In this document: in pieces, positions 1 to 14,557 of the stretch | How positions within the stretch are numbered: position 1 is the stretch's first letter | How the letters are laid out: each line of letters opens with the position of its first letter | From: Octopus bimaculoides | Taxonomy: Eukaryota | DNA: 64,000 nucleotides | NCBI RefSeq assembly: GCF_001194135.2 | Contig: NC_068987.1 | Span: forward strand, 51,246,900-51,310,899 | Direction: 5' to 3' | Program-made: the position numbers and the translations under genes | Notes under the pieces: generated by a model | Database searches by the model: none | The model's input: only the letters and a program-made list of their open reading frames with translations | What the model was told of the DNA's origin: nothing

Positions 1-164
1 ATATATATATATATACCTGCACACACACACACACATACACACACAGACACACACACACACACACACACACCCACACACACACATATATATTTATATATAT
101 GGAAAGAAAGATTCCCAAACGACATTCCTAAGTGAATTAGAGGAGGATCCAACGTTGACGGGCA

Positions 165-352
165 AAAATTCATCCTCCAGAATAAGTGTTTTAACTTCAA
201 CGAAAACACCTACGGACAAACCTCTCGGATTACGTTGGGAACGAGGGTGTCCCCTACTTTGCTAACCTTGACATGGTATACTTGGAAGTACAAAAATAAA
301 AGTAATTACTCACCAATATGAATTGCTACCTGGATGATTGTTTCGTTCTGTG
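165..352 (+). mobile_element. Penelope-like element reverse transcriptase remnant (frameshifted)
   Basis: Manual translation FILQNKCFNFNENTYGQTSRITLGTRVSP/FANLDMVYLE...CYLDDCFVL* fits the PLE RT pattern F.FN..Y.Q..G..MG...SP..ANL.M..LE...YxDD. YLDD is at 327-338. Confidence 0.7.
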
Positions 353-1241
353 ACTAAACGTTTATCAAATCGTGACATTTAAAACATCGTTATGTCAGTG
401 AGCGCATACACAGACACCACATTCTGCTGTGGTGGCCGTAAAGACAGAAAGTTGCCAATGCGTAATGTTGTTCACATTAGGATGTAAACACCAATTTACA
501 ATGGAATGCAGTCTCAAACAGCTACTCTTTTTGGAAATGTTAATAATAAAAAAAACAGAGACACATTGAAACCAACATCTACTTTAAATCATCGGACTGC
601 AAAACAATATCTACTGTTCTCTTTATTTCACTCAGAGAATGCTAAAATGAATATTATTCTTCTTGCTTGCATTTTTCCCTGTTACAATATCTGCAGCTGT
701 TCTTATCATTTCAGTAAGATATTTTAATTGACTCGGACGCACATGTATGCTCTAATAAATTCTGGATATAATGGGGTAGATGTAGTGTAATCAACATTTT
801 TATAATTTTGGAAAAATTGGTCAGATTGTCATTTTATAATTTAAAATTAATTTCCACAATACCAACGTCTACATGTTGTTTTTCGATGCTTTGCATTGAT
901 GATACCTGATTTTATGTCATTTCTGAAGGTAAACGGTTTTAATTACATGGATAGATATTCATACTGTTTGCAAAGAGTTACAGCATGACAAGGTGAAATC
1001 ACCATAAACGGTTTACATGAAACATAAAGATATCTGTATATGTATATAAATGTATAAGTAGATATATATATATATATGTAATTTTTCTGATGTTATATCT
1101 GTTCCTGAATGATGTGTAAAGAAATTTTGATTTAAGCATCTTAATGAATTCTTTATACTGAAATATATATTGAAGAAGATAAATATGTTCTTTTGAATTT
1201 ATACGTTTTTGCGTCGTAACTCCTTTATTATTATTTATTTA

Positions 1242-1272
<31 letters not shown>

Positions 1273-1357
1273 TAAAATATAGGGTAAAAAATCATATAAT
1301 GTCCACGTTAGTGGTCAACGTTATATANNNNNNNNNNNNNNNNNNNNNNNNNNNNTA

Positions 1358-1380
<23 letters not shown>

Positions 1381-1388
<8 letters not shown>

Positions 1389-1430
1389 TTTTAAGTTTCA
1401 GCTTAGAGCTGCGGCCATGCTGATGCACCA
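1381..1430 (-). mobile_element. Isolated LINE/SINE 3' tail (about 40 bp plus poly-A)
   Basis: Reverse complement TGGTGCATCAGCATGGCCGCAGCTCTAAGCTGAAACTT(A)n resembles the tail at 63449-63487 and 55342-55380. Confidence 0.55.
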
Positions 1431-1663
1431 CATATTATACATATATATTTATATATGAAAATAACAATAATTTTAGGATGGAGTTTATAATATACATATT
1501 CAATACATCACTACGCGCATCTCCACAAGTCAAGTGACTTTAATAACAGAATTTGTATACTTGAGATGTATTGTCGGTATTGATTCATTTCTTTCGCGAT
1601 ACTGCATTAGTGGAGGAATCCCAGAGGGATGTTTATCCTTTCTTGCCAGTATGTCTTCATAGA

Positions 1664-1826
1664 CGTTAATCAATTACATCGACCCTAATGCTCCACTGCA
1701 CTTATTTTATCGACTCACATAGGATTAAAGGCGAAGTCGACTACAGTGGATTTGAACTCAGTATATGAAAGCACAAAATGTTACTTAACAATTTGCCCAG
1801 TGTGCTAACGATTCTGCCAGCTCGCC
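1664..1826 (-). mobile_element. tRNA-derived SINE family 1
   Basis: Head GGCGAGCTGGCAGAATCGTTAGCAC, B-box-like GAGTTCAAATCC and body similar to the copy at 51642-51870. Confidence 0.8.
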
Positions 1827-1851
1827 TGGTACTCTTTCAGCCATTTCAATG

Positions 1852-2024
1852 GAGGGGGTAGTCGATTACATCGACCCTAGTGTTTAACTGGTAGTTATTT
1901 CATAGATCCCAAATGGTGAAAGGCAATGTCAACATCGGCGTAATGTCAACTCAGAAAGTAAAGACAGACAAAATGCCGCTAAGCATTTTGACAGGCATGC
2001 TAACGATTCTACCAGCTCACCACC
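1852..2024 (-). mobile_element. tRNA-derived SINE family 1 (tandem with previous copy)
   Basis: Head GGTGGTGAGCTGGTAGAATCGTTAGCATG with the same body as the neighbouring copy. Confidence 0.8.
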
Positions 2025-4407
2025 TTAATTGAAACTAATATGAATTGATATTTTGAAAGAGTATTAATTGAATGAATACGATGAATATTTTATGCAAAGC
2101 ATGTAATTATATAATGATACACACTCACAGACACACACACATATTACATTTTTAATGAACGCGTTCTGAATACCAAAAGTATATCTCAGATTCATATCTC
2201 CATCAAATATATAATTCCCTCAATCATATTCCGCAGATGAATTTCTGTCTGTAATAAAAATTAAAACATTTATTGCCATATTTTCCTCCCTTGTCTCAAG
2301 TTTATATGCATCAGGAATTGAAAATATATAAGAGTGAACGTCGTAATTATAAACAGTAACGCGTGTTCTCTGTAAATAACCCTGTGTAAATACAGACACA
2401 GCATTTCCCCCTCTCCTCCTCCCTGCAGATGCTACACTGTCAACGTGTGAAAGAGACAAGGTGGTGTTTATAGTTCCTCGCGTCTGCATTTGCACTGGCA
2501 AAATCTTAGACCATTCAATTCAGTCATACGCGTTCGAAAATGACGACAGGTTGTTTAACGCCTGCTAAAGTGGCGTTGCCTTTATTGTTCTTAACGAATA
2601 TTAGGTGAAGCTCTCTTCGATTAATGACTTTGCCTAAGACTAGCACTCATAATCATTTCATCTTTGATATGGGTGTAGTGCTTATAAAATGATTAATTAA
2701 TAATTAGAAATTTGAAAATAGGTTATAAAAAATAATAGTAGTACGTAATTAGTTAATGCAATATATAGAATAATACAAACATTTGTTATATATTACAGTA
2801 AGATCTATCGATACCAACAAATTCACGTTAAAATTTGCTTGAGTTATTGTCTTAGTTATTGTTATGTCTTCACATTTTTAATCTTGACTCAATGCCTATT
2901 GTTTACATAATGACTTTACCTGCCATATATAATATTCTAGTTTGCATAATACTTTAGCTATATTGCTACTTCTTGCTCTCATTTTAAAAGTATTCTAGTA
3001 TGTCAATATTTTGACAAAATGATGGTACCTTTTATAATTAAAATGTTGCTCTGGAAATTAAAATGAAATTTTTTTTGGGATATTCAAATTTTATCTTCAG
3101 GTGCAATATTTTAAGTAAAAATGTTCTTGTCATGCACTTTACCAGATATAATAACTTGTCCTGAACATTTCCAAGTGTAATAACTTGTCCTCGACTTTTC
3201 CAGTAGTTTTATAATCTTATTTCTTTTGCTCGCATTTTTCAATGAAATCCATGGTTTTTCCATGCTATGCTATTATGCTAATTAATAATGTGTCAAATGT
3301 GTCAATTAGCGGAGTCGCTGAAAATTTTTTCCTTAACTCAATGATGGTGGGGACATATATTAAAAGCCCCTTATAGAACTATATTCATAAGAAAATATAG
3401 AACTATATGATCAACTTCAAATTTGGGAAACAATTACTCAACATTTTCCTTTAAACATTCATTGTATGAGATTGATACTATGACATTGCTAGAATTGAGC
3501 TATAAAATTTAAGGCTAATTAAAATATAATTTGTTTTTAAAAATATAAAAAGTAAGTTAATTTTAAATCCTATTTTTTGCCTTATATTTTTCATGATATT
3601 TTACTCGCAACATTTTTATACAATTGTTTGTAGCATGGGCCAAGACTATGAAATTCTTCATGCTTACCTCTATCATTGAAACTAAGATAAATATAATTTG
3701 CTTTTAAAATAAAAAAAAAATAGGTGTACACTTGATTGGTGACGTTACTTATTCTCCTATAACGTTGCTACAAATTTTCATCTTAACTTTTTTTTTTCCG
3801 CTGGACCAAATCTCAATTTTTGCATGCCAAAGTGTAGCTACCGACCAGCCCTCTTCGAAAACGTTAGCAGTTTGCAGTTTAAGAACTGAATTAGCGACAA
3901 GCTTAGAAGAATGCTGCGTGTGAGTAAATTGCGGCCTTAAGAATATTATTCAACTACTACCGCAGTTGAATGATAAATGAACTGAGCCTTATATATTCAT
4001 ATATTATTACGCCAAGCTTTAGATCTAGATCTAATGACGGCATTTTGAATAATATGCACTGAAAAGAATAAAAATAGAGCATCACGTTAGAGAACAGCTT
4101 ACCAGTAGTGATTTGACTTTCCTCCGTTTTTCTCCTAGGTTTTTACCCACAATGGAGCATTCGATCTCTTCCAATTTATGCATATTGACTCTGTAAATCG
4201 ATTCCAGTAATTAATTACATATTATACCATAACGACGTAGGAAACTTTTAAACTCTATCGAAGTAAATAATTTCAAAATATTAATTGTTAATAACCCTTG
4301 TTATGTACAATCACTCTTGTCTAATCAATCCAAGTTAAGTCACTTATCCTCAATGCTTCCAAAGTGTGTTAAGTTATAATCTTTGCTGTTTTTACGTAGA
4401 AAAATAA

Positions 4408-4447
<40 letters not shown>

Positions 4448-7400
4448 CCGATATTTACGATTTACGTCAGTACTTGACTTTGTACTGTTTGATGGGTATC
4501 CAGTGTCCCTGTTCCTCGGTGATGATACTACGTTGTCACCAATTTCACTGGTTCATTGGTTAGTTATTATGAGTTGCTGTTTTTGCTGCTTGTTATCCGG
4601 TAATGAACAGACGCGAACATAATGGAATATATTTATTGTGAGGGTCATTAAACATATATAAAGTTCTAATAATTTCAGGTAGAGATGTAGGCCATTAGAA
4701 ACGAGCTTTAGTATAACTAATATTGAGAGCGATGATGTGATGAGTAAGACTCGAGATGCAGAAAAACGTTGGTTCATCATTACACATGAAGACATTTGTA
4801 CTACTGGATGAAATTTAGCAAGGGAAACTTTGATGCTGTTTGGCAAAAGATTATTCTCCGATAATTATTTCAACCTCTGCAATTTTTCATGATGGGCTTT
4901 CGCCTTAATACTAAGAAAGGCGCGGGAAAAGCTCATAGAACACTCGATTAAGTTCATGATATACCATGATATCGTTTCAAGGTGATTGGCTGATAATCAG
5001 GACACGAAACAGCATGACTTGAGTGTGATTTACGCGTGGTACAAACATGACAGCTGAAGAGCCAAGAGTCAATTCTAGGTTTCATGACATAAAGATATGA
5101 TATTTCGAGTTACAACGATATACAATTAATAAATATTAAACATGTTTTACTAGCTATATATTAAATAATCATACTCTGATTGTCCAAGTGTCTATAACAT
5201 GCTACTACACACTCTCTCACACATAATTACACATACATAGATATATGAAAGAATTGAAATTCCCGTGCCTTATGTGGAGTAAGAAAGCATTTCCCCATAA
5301 TATTATTCTAAGAATGATAATATTTATGAACTAGTTCCTCATACGTTCCTCAATATACATCCTATATGAAATACGACGTTAGCAAACTCGTGATGAAAAA
5401 TATTGAATACCCAATGCTTTATTTGGTTTCAATTCAATAATGGTTCTTACGAACGAAGACATTTTCCCTGTATAATGCTGATTAGACTAATATTACCCTC
5501 TTATGCAAAACTAACATAATTATTCTAGAGATGAATACAATTATGTAGATAATCTAATCTCTAATGTCCCCAATCAAAATTTCCCTATTGTGATTTATTT
5601 GATATTTAGAAGTTCCCTTTCAAGATTTGGTTTATATTTCTTCAATAATTAACTAAAATGATCTTTGATAATATTCGATATTAGATTTGTATCCAGAAAC
5701 TTTGTCACAAAAGCGAAAGAAATCTATGTGTATATATGTTCTCGTTTCTCATTGACAGTTAACACTTTCCCTAAAATTGAAGAATATAAATGTTTAATTT
5801 CTGAAGTGTTATATCGGTTATATGTCTTAGAAAGGTGTTATAGTAACTGCTACATATGCGTTTTCAAACTATAAGTAACGTTTTTCAACACCTGAAATTT
5901 ACCAGATTGTGCCTTTACATAAGAGTATGATAGAAAGGAAGAAAGGTATTATAAAACTACCTTATATTTAAATAACTTGTTTTCCCTAACACGTTTTCTT
6001 CGTCTACTTAGGTGAGAACCTCTCATCAGAAAATCCTCAGTTAAATTATGCTGTAGAATATCAGCGAGATACTCGGTCTTTCAAAGTGATTCATAGATTT
6101 AACTCTTATCGTTCATCAGCAATGTAATGATCTGGACTTAATATTTTCTAGTGACGTTCAAAATTGTCACAGTGACATGAAACAATGACATTTATGCAAC
6201 AAAAGGTCAAAACAAAGTAAACACTTAAGTTTGCTAATTTGTGATATGCTTTAAAATGAATTCTCATTGATGTAATTTTAATGTGATACCTCTAAAAATT
6301 TCTAGTGAATAAATATTTAATTGGACAGAAATCACGTTCTGTACCAATTAGAAAACACGCCTCGTAAATATAATAACTTGTGAAGTTGATTCTCATATAA
6401 TTGTTTCATAACCATATGCTTGTGGGTTTCCAAACTGCTTAAAGCATACCATACATATCTTAAATAAGAACCATGATAGAACGGAAATTTTCAACACATG
6501 TAGGCTTCACAAAAAATATTTGTGCACCAAAACGACCTCTATTTTGATAAGAGGATATCTATAGGTCTTGTTGTTGTAGCAGTGTTCATCGGGCATTTTA
6601 TTTTGATGGTTCAAGATGTATCTTTTGGTTCTTTATTTCATAGTAATCATTGGTATGTGTATTACATATTGGATGAATTAATTAGTATAATGATGGCTGC
6701 CTCGAACGTGAATTTTCTGTGAAGATGTATAACTAGTACATTGTCAATAACTGGAATCCCAAACCATTTTTCTACGTAGCTTTTAGTTTTCATGGTAAGA
6801 ACTTAAAGAAAAAAAAACAATAAATTTTCTTACAAAGGCATGATTTGAACAAATCTGTGCACATCGAAATCCAAAAACTAAAATCAATCATTTTTGCTGT
6901 CAATAGCGATCCTTTTAGCGTTTAGGTTGAACATTTCATAAGTTATATCGCAGTTTTAATCAAACTTGAATCATTCTTAATATCAAAGCAATAATTTTGC
7001 TTTTGTAGGTATTCGATGGTGCGACTGACAGTAACAGCTACTCATGCTTACGCGATAATGTTCCAAATTTTATAAAATTTTCCTGCATCAATTTTAGAAG
7101 GGAAATATTTTTACTGATCAGGAAACAACGTCTAACACAAAACAGTGAGGAATGCTCTAACTGATTGATCTACATGCTAAAGATGGTAGCTAAATTTTTC
7201 TCGACTTTGATACTATCGTCCCAAAATGCACTGAAACATTCGGGATAACCATATTTATATTATTTCGGTTTGTTTAATCAAGGCCGTAATGACGTTGAAA
7301 AACAGCATCACCAAGGCCATCGCCATCACCATCCCCACTAACATAACACCCTCCCAACCCAACCGTCACCAGCATCAGCAACAGTTAGGACAACTACAAC

Positions 7401-7871
7401 AACAATAAAAACGAGCAAAGAGAAGCATCTCTATACGGTCAATTTAACGAGGCCTGCTCTCTTCAGAGTGTTAATCTGCCAATACTTCGTATAAAGTAAT
7501 GTTAGATATACGATACAGGAAATAAGAAAGACAAAATTACTTTATCGTTTGGATCATAGGCTGCTCACTAAGGCCGATGTTGTCTTAAAAGGCAACAGAT
7601 ATGATAAATGCATGCGAATTTTAGCAGCCAATCCATAGTCATATAATTTTTCATATGCTTCTTTTAGTACAACTGAATTATTTTGTAACTCCTGAATCCC
7701 ACTAGAATAACAAAACCTTAGATTACGCGATGAAAACGTCGCTTTTAAATTTTGTTGGCATAGTCACCTCAAACTTGGAGAAACATACTGTAAGCGTTAT
7801 TTTGACCCAACGGCTGTAACATAGATAGTAGAATATCAATTGAGTAAATGTATAGACTTAAATACAACAAA

Positions 7872-7887
7872 ACTACTACTACAACTA

Positions 7888-7924
<37 letters not shown>

Positions 7925-7932
7925 CGCTGCTG

Positions 7933-7979
<47 letters not shown>

Positions 7980-8050
7980 GCTGCTGCTGCTGTTGCTGCT
8001 TCTTCCTCTTCATTTTCTTCTTCTTCGTCGTCGTCGTCATCATCATCGTC
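7872..8050. repeat. Compound trinucleotide microsatellite (CTA/CTG/TCT/TCG/TCA)
   Basis: Directly visible; it explains the poly-L/T/Q ORFs at 7840-8213. Confidence 0.95.
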
Positions 8051-9849
8051 TCTTTCTGATTTTGTTCATCCTCCTGCTCCTTCTCCTCTCCTTCTTCCTT
8101 CAAACTACCGCAACCCAGACGTGTTACACCACACCTCTCCAATAATCTGTCCTTCATTGACTTTCGGTACATCTTTAATTCCTAAATTTCGTCTTGTGTG
8201 CCTATACCAATAATATCAATGTAGCTGAGAGTTATTCATTCTTATTAATATGAGAAACTCCCAGAAATATATTATCAAATATGGCCTCATGCACAACACA
8301 ATAATTGTGGTCAGCAAATACTATTCCGCATTGAACAACACTATAGATTGGTGGAACGTTTCCGCGTAACTCGGCTTTCGTTTGCTGGTCATATCATAAA
8401 ATTTCTTAATTTCTCATGACAAGCCTAGTGTCGCATCGTCGAGACTAATTTGACGTACCTTCTTCATTGTCTAGGTTGCAGTACCACAAAAAAAATCCTC
8501 TCTACATACGCCCTAAGCAAAACCGGATATGTAGACATTGAATTACTTGATTGTCAGCTCTTGGAAATCTAGTTACGGGCATTCCAGTCTTCTTTGCGTG
8601 TCAGGAAGTTCCTATAGTGCCAGTCACATAAAGACCACAATAATTGAGAACACAGACCTCATTGAGTTTCTACCGCCGTTAGAAGAAAATGGTAAAACAC
8701 CTTTTCTTTTATTGTTATTGATAAATATACACTGGGTTTTTCTTAAATTGAGAAAGGCAAGGACATTGGCTGCAGCCTTTTCAAAAGATGTTGACAAGAC
8801 TACTGATCGACATTTTAAGCTATATACACACTATACGAATCTTTTACATATAATTGACATAGGGCAGCAGTTTACATGTTAAAATAAGGACATCTCAAAG
8901 ATTTCTTTTGCTATAACGTTAATGGAGTCCTCATTGCAGTAAACATCGCATTTTTGACTTAACAGAATGTGGACGGTTAAATTGTCTTTAGTAAATCACT
9001 ACCATTTGGCTTCATCAAATGCAGACCCATGTATAGATCCTAAAGAACAAATTTAAAAACATAGCTTTTAAATACCATTAAAAAAAAAGGCAACTAGAAA
9101 AAGGAAAACAAAAGACATGATTTAAGTTACGTTTATGAATATGTGTTGCAAGGTTCCTGATGTGAAACCGTGTGTCGAAATAGATATTGTTGTATTTCGG
9201 GATGGTCATTTTTTTCCATATAAATTCACGCACTATATATTCGCTGTTCACTTATTTATTGCTGGTCTTATTACATCTCATGTCCATTGTCCGAAAGTCT
9301 TCCGTCTCACATCTGTGACCTCTTCAGCGACATTTTCCGTCTTCGCGTGTGATTTTGCTCCGCTTAGTCCATTCTATCTTCAGTAAATAAAAAAGACATC
9401 AAACTTGAGCAACTCATACCATTTTCAATCTAACCAGTTGTAAAAGTCATGAAGATGACAGACATTTTCTTTATACAATTTAATCTTAATAAAAATCAAA
9501 TTTCTGCGGTCGTTGATTTCATGCATGTTTCATATTTATGGAATTTGCTATGCTTGATTTATTGTGACTGTCCTTGCAAACCAGGTGAGGCATGTTTTGT
9601 TGCAAAGTTAACAATATGTTATGAAAAATGGCCTTTTAAATGCAGTCTTAATGTAACTGTGAGATCACACATAAGTGATGGTCACTTTTGTCAAGCATGG
9701 TCAAAGAACTGTAGAAAGAACTTCATGTAATATGTGCTCTTCATGGAACTTTGGCACCACAAATCAGCATTTGCTGATTTGATAATTGTTTATAATTCTG
9801 AGAATAATTTTCCCATATGACAACTGGCTTGAATATATGTTTCAGAAAT

Positions 9850-10769
9850 ATGACCAGCTGTGAGACAAGAAAATGCAAAAGCCGCCCTGATGTATTCAGC
9901 TATATCTGTGGATGTTACGCTTTAACTAAGCAACGAAACAATCACAGATTCTGTAAAGAAAGCTTACCTTACTTTGGCTTGAAACGGGATAATCATGGCA
10001 AAGCCTCGGCACCCCATTTAGTCCGAAAAAACATGTTTTGAAACACTGAGAGATGGAATGTTTAGAAAACTTAAGCAGAAGGTTTTTAGCCTTGTCGTAT
10101 GAGAATATTGAGTTTGATACATTTGACGGGCCACAGGCTAGGTGGCTAATGCAGGACGAGAAGTCTTTCGATTCTATATCTGCCGCTGAAAACGAAGCGT
10201 GGTATGCTTTTGGTGTGGTTGTGTCTGATTACTTAGGAAACAAAATATCGTGATATTATAAAGAACTTGTGAACACTCTGTTAACCAGCTTTCGGACAAG
10301 TGGAGGCAATGTGAGAACAAGAGTGAATTCCCTGCACAGTCATCTGCACTACTTCCTTGGAAATCATAGAGCAATGAGTGATGAGCAAAGAGAATGATTC
10401 CAATAAAACATCAAGAACATGGAGATAAGGTATTAAAGCATGTGGAACATAAGCATGTTGGCTGACCACTGTTGGTGTCAACAAAGAGACTCTCACGATG
10501 TAAGTTATTCGTGCAAAGCAGCAAAGAGAAAGAGAAACATCACTGACAAAAATAATTCATAAGATGTGAAATTAAATACTTTGTGTAATGTATGGTTTAA
10601 AAAGTAAACAGTGTTGTTTTTGGTAAAAAAAAAAAATACCTATTTAACAAACATCTTGGCGTGATATAAAAATTCTTAGTGTTTTTATGCACCTAGCACC
10701 ATCTAGTTAAGTATGTCTGGTTGTAAGCAGCAAACTAACTAAAAACATTTTCGAAAATGTTCCCCAGTA
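9850..10769 (+). mobile_element. Internally deleted Chapaev3-type (CMC) DNA transposon remnant with 3' end
   Basis: N-terminal RKCKSRPDVFSYICG...YFGLK...APH zinc-binding region is joined to C-terminal FDGPQ...YLGNK...LHSHL...AMSDEQ.E.F..NIKNME.RY..MW..SMLADHCW. The element ends in TIR-like AATGTTCCCCAGT at about 10769. The superfamily call is from motif recall. Confidence 0.7.
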
Positions 10770-11953
10770 TACTCAATACGAAATTTCTATTTATTCAGTC
10801 AACATATATATTATTTATTGATTGTTATATTTTATACTTACCTAGTAAGTAATATAATATATAATACACATATAATATATAAGTTCATTCACACGTACTC
10901 ATAGAATAAATACATACATGCATAATTACATATATGGTAATTAGCTAATTAGAAAGAAACGAAGTCTCTACTTTTCTAATTATCTATCCCTTTCCTATCT
11001 ATTTGTTCAACATCTTATTAATCTGCTTCGTTATTTACATATTTTAACTTCAATACACGTGTACATGCATAGATATATCTATGTATATATATAGACACAA
11101 GCCATCAGTGGTTACGGGTTCAGATCATCAATGGAACTGGCAAAATGTGTGAACCTTTCTAAAAGTTTAATATATAAGTACATAAGTATATAAGTACTTG
11201 GAACTGTTTATATGAGTACACATACACAAAGCTGATGATACAGATCTGCACATGCACTGACGCTGACTACTTGCGCATATACATACATACATGCAAACAT
11301 GCACAACCCTGTTCATGTTCAAATTACAATGAAATATAGTTTGTAACCATCTCTTATTCCATTGGCGAACATTCTACAAAGAAAACTAAATAATCACACA
11401 CGCATGCACTCACACACACAAACACACACACACACGCATACACACACGCACACGCATACATATATGTGTGTGTATCTAAGTAATGTCTTTGTTTATGTTT
11501 CATAAGAAGTCAAGTAACGGAGTATCTTAGCTTAAGTAGACACTAAAGCTTGTTAGAAGTGAAATAATTGATATAGACTTCAAATTTCGTGGCGAGTATT
11601 AAAAACAAACAGATAATTTGATATTTCATCAAAACAACCGATGACAATTATTCAAGTACTAATTAACCTCTTTTGCCCCGATGTCAAAGGATTTTTGATA
11701 TCATATTTCGAAATGTAATTTGAATAGCAATATTATTAAGAACAAGTAAACAGTAATTTATATGTCGTAATGGTATATCGTATTCCGTGTAACTAAGAGA
11801 CAATTAATCAAACTGTAATTATCAGCTAAGCAAACATCATATGAAATATATTCTATTTATCATTAGTATATACCTTTTGTAATATATCTTGATCAGAAGT
11901 TCTTTATGGACCTGAAGAAAAGTTGTTTCCTGAATGTGAATTTACTTATATTA

Positions 11954-12182
11954 CAGTCTTGGCCAAAAGTTTGGAATATAGGTCCGAAAATTACATTTAT
12001 TAAATGGAAGCAATTTGGTCTATAACTATATTTTTGATTTTGCCTATTCTTCCAGATAATGAATCATTGGATCAGTTATTATGTAAGTATATCTCCACGC
12101 CGTATATATTTGAATCGAATTGTACTTGAGCATAACAATTTAAATTTTTTTCTAATAAGTTCCAAACATTTGCCCACGGTTG
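11954..12182. mobile_element. Tc1/mariner-type MITE (about 230 bp)
   Basis: Imperfect TIRs CAGTCTTGGCCAAAAGTTTGGAA / CAACCGTGGGCAAATGTTTGGAA; TA on the left flank; no coding capacity. Confidence 0.6.
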
Positions 12183-12419
12183 TGTATATATGCACACTCC
12201 AAGTAAGTAAAATCAAATTTTGAGGTTCGTGTTTGAAACGGCTTTGCAGCAACATTTAATAGAATGCGTAAAATACTGTAATGCTTATTTGATTTCAACA
12301 AACTGTGTATTTCTTGTGTTGAAGGAAATTATTTATAGAATCAGTGTAGATTTGGACTTGTGTCGAAGATGCATGGATGTAATCCTTATATGTTTTACGT
12401 TAAGGTAAAGTGAAGATTT

Positions 12420-13040
12420 GTATCATCTGCCGAAGAATTAGTGGCGCTAGATGAGACAGAGGACAAGTCATTAATATACAGGCGGGAAAGATTTGAGGAT
12501 GTACTCAAACCTGGAGGGATACAAGAGCGTTGGAGATGTAATCAAACCAGGAGGTATACAGGAGCGTTGGGCCAAGTAAGGCTAGTTAATCCACACAGGG
12601 ATGGAGGAGTCTCAAAATAATCTTCCAGCCGAAGAATTGAGAGAATGATGAAATGTAACGGCGGGCAGCTTACCTTGAAGGTTCTTGTATGAAATACTCT
12701 TAAAGACATAATTGATGACAGCTATAACTTTCTTACCTTCTCAGTAGTTTTCAATGAGAAGGATACTTAATGAATGAGACAGGGAAACCTAACGATTACA
12801 TCTGAATCTACGGAAGACACTGGTTTTAACGAAAGAGTTGAAGAGATACAATATGTTTGAGAAAGTTATTATGAGCGATAGATTCAACCATCTTAGAGAC
12901 TTCAGAAGTGTAGACGGTAATTCAGTAGTTGGTAATGTGTGAAAGGCTGCTTCCTTGAGGGAAGAACAGTTTACTTCCCTTGCGTTATCATGTTGGAAAT
13001 GATACTTGATAGATTCTGCAACACTCTTGACGTACATTTC
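12420..13040 (-). mobile_element. Degenerate CR1/Jockey-group LINE RT fragment
   Basis: Frameshifted NYR...SKMVESIAHNNFLKHI...KNLQGKLP...LYINDL...SADD. The NAGVPQG-equivalent region is tandemly duplicated with a 37-bp period at 12505-12570. Confidence 0.7.
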
Positions 13041-14068
13041 TGATGGGAAAATATATATTTTCTATTACATTCTTTCGGATAGAACACACTCTAGCATATC
13101 CTAACATGTCAGAGCCCTCTTACGCTAAGGACGTTCTCTGCAATTCCTTGTAAACGGTATGCCCCAAATATCTTAATAGAGACACACTCTAACATATTTT
13201 TAAACCGTATAAAGTGCATTATTCAAAGTTACTGGGAAAAATATTGTTGCATGAAGCGATCGATGTTACTGCACATGTGTATTCGGTTGGGTCACCGTTA
13301 GCATCTAGCAACACTCTGATACATGCTAGACCATCATTAACACTGAACACGTCTCTTCGGTCCTGAAAATCATGACCAAAAGAAAGAGCTTCTGCACGTG
13401 CCCTTACTCATTTTCAACATGGGAGGGTGTGATTTAAGATAGACTCGCCTTCACATTCTAAAAAGGCAGCTAATCTCCTTTAAATATCACCCTCCTATCT
13501 CAGAAAGAAGAGACACGTTAAATAATGATATCCCTTGAATATTGAATCTATTTCAGAGATATTCTGTGGCTAAAATACAGTAGCAATACACAAGACAGAA
13601 ATGGGATAAAGTAATTACAAATTGTTTGTTAACGAAATCTCTCTATTATATTGTTTATTTTTTTTATACTTTATTCTGAAACATATTGTAGACAGAACTA
13701 ATATTACGTACGATTTCCTGAAACTAATTTCTGCATGTCCAGTGGAAATATGTTAGATATTAAGCATTGGGATCCATCGTGACTAGATTTGTGGATACGT
13801 GTATATTACAGCTATCATATTAACGATAATATCCATTAGCTTTTCCTACTTCCGTTCGTTGTATTCATGATAATATAAACTAAAAACGAAGAATATGATT
13901 TATTGCCGTTTCCAGATTGTGATAATCTATCCTACAGTGTGATCATTTGAAAACAATGCTGTAAAATAATTACTTACAATCTACTGTAATATTTCACACG
14001 TTACAGTTCATATGTAATGCATGCGCCTTCATGACAATTGACATATTTCTCAGCATTTATATTTTCTT

Positions 14069-14123
<55 letters not shown>

Positions 14124-14352
14124 ATCTATCGCAGTTAAGGTTAGGGTTAGGGTTCTTTTCGTTTCTTGGCGACTTGTCAATATCTAAAAATTGCTCAACA
14201 GGATTTCTTCTTATCTTTCGCCTTCTGAGTTAAAATCAACTTTAACCTTCAACTCTCCGGTCGTAACAGTCAAAATATTTGCGTTAAGGTCATTGAGTTA
14301 ATGATTCCCTAAAATATCGCTGGCCTTTTTTCTCAATCAGAAATAATTATAA

Positions 14353-14555
14353 AGGCTGCGAGCTAGCAAAGAAAAACAATTTTGCAGATTTGTTCCGGTT
14401 CTTGACATTCTCAGTTCAAATTTCGTTGATGTCACCTTTACTTTTCATTCTTTTCAGAGTGTGTATGATACAATACCAGTCAAGTACTGGAGTCGGTGGA
14501 ACTGAATAATCCATACCCACAGAATTGCTGGCCTTATAACAAAATCTGAAATTAT
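14353..14555 (+). mobile_element. Degenerate SINE family 1 copy
   Basis: GGCTGCGAGCTAGCA head, CAGTTCAAATTTC box and 3' AATTGCTGGCCTTATAACAAAATCTGAA. Confidence 0.55.
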
Positions 14556-14557
14556 TA

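Noticed and set aside
2220-2501. 93-aa ORF with vWA-like words (TRVTVY, VLIFITD)
   Set aside because: Motif spacing is too short for a vWA fold, there is no DxSxS, and VLIFITD coincides with an AT-rich polypyrimidine tract.
4553-4846. Hydrophobic ORF resembling a GPCR segment
   Set aside because: Bounded by stops, no family motifs and no convincing splice sites; hydrophobic bias is expected from AT-rich sequence.
626-7200. Plus-strand exon-like segments (about 626-714, 4139-4191, 6012-6130, 7009-7170)
   Set aside because: Splice signals are plausible but the frames end in stops or show no homology. They show that such chains arise by chance in this AT-rich DNA.
6300-7300. Possible retroviral-type integrase traces on the minus strand (EKWFGIP)
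   Set aside because: Too degenerate; no DDE spacing or HHCC could be reconstructed.
7840-8213. Poly-L/T/Q ORFs
   Set aside because: Translations of a trinucleotide microsatellite.
8540-9050. Long, sparsely interrupted minus frame (VVLSTSFEKAAANVL) reminiscent of a Pif1/RecD helicase
   Set aside because: No Walker A or DE motif was recoverable; the similarity is a single loose phrase.
14139-14154. (TTAGGG)2 telomere-like repeat
   Set aside because: Only two units; too short to call an interstitial telomere.
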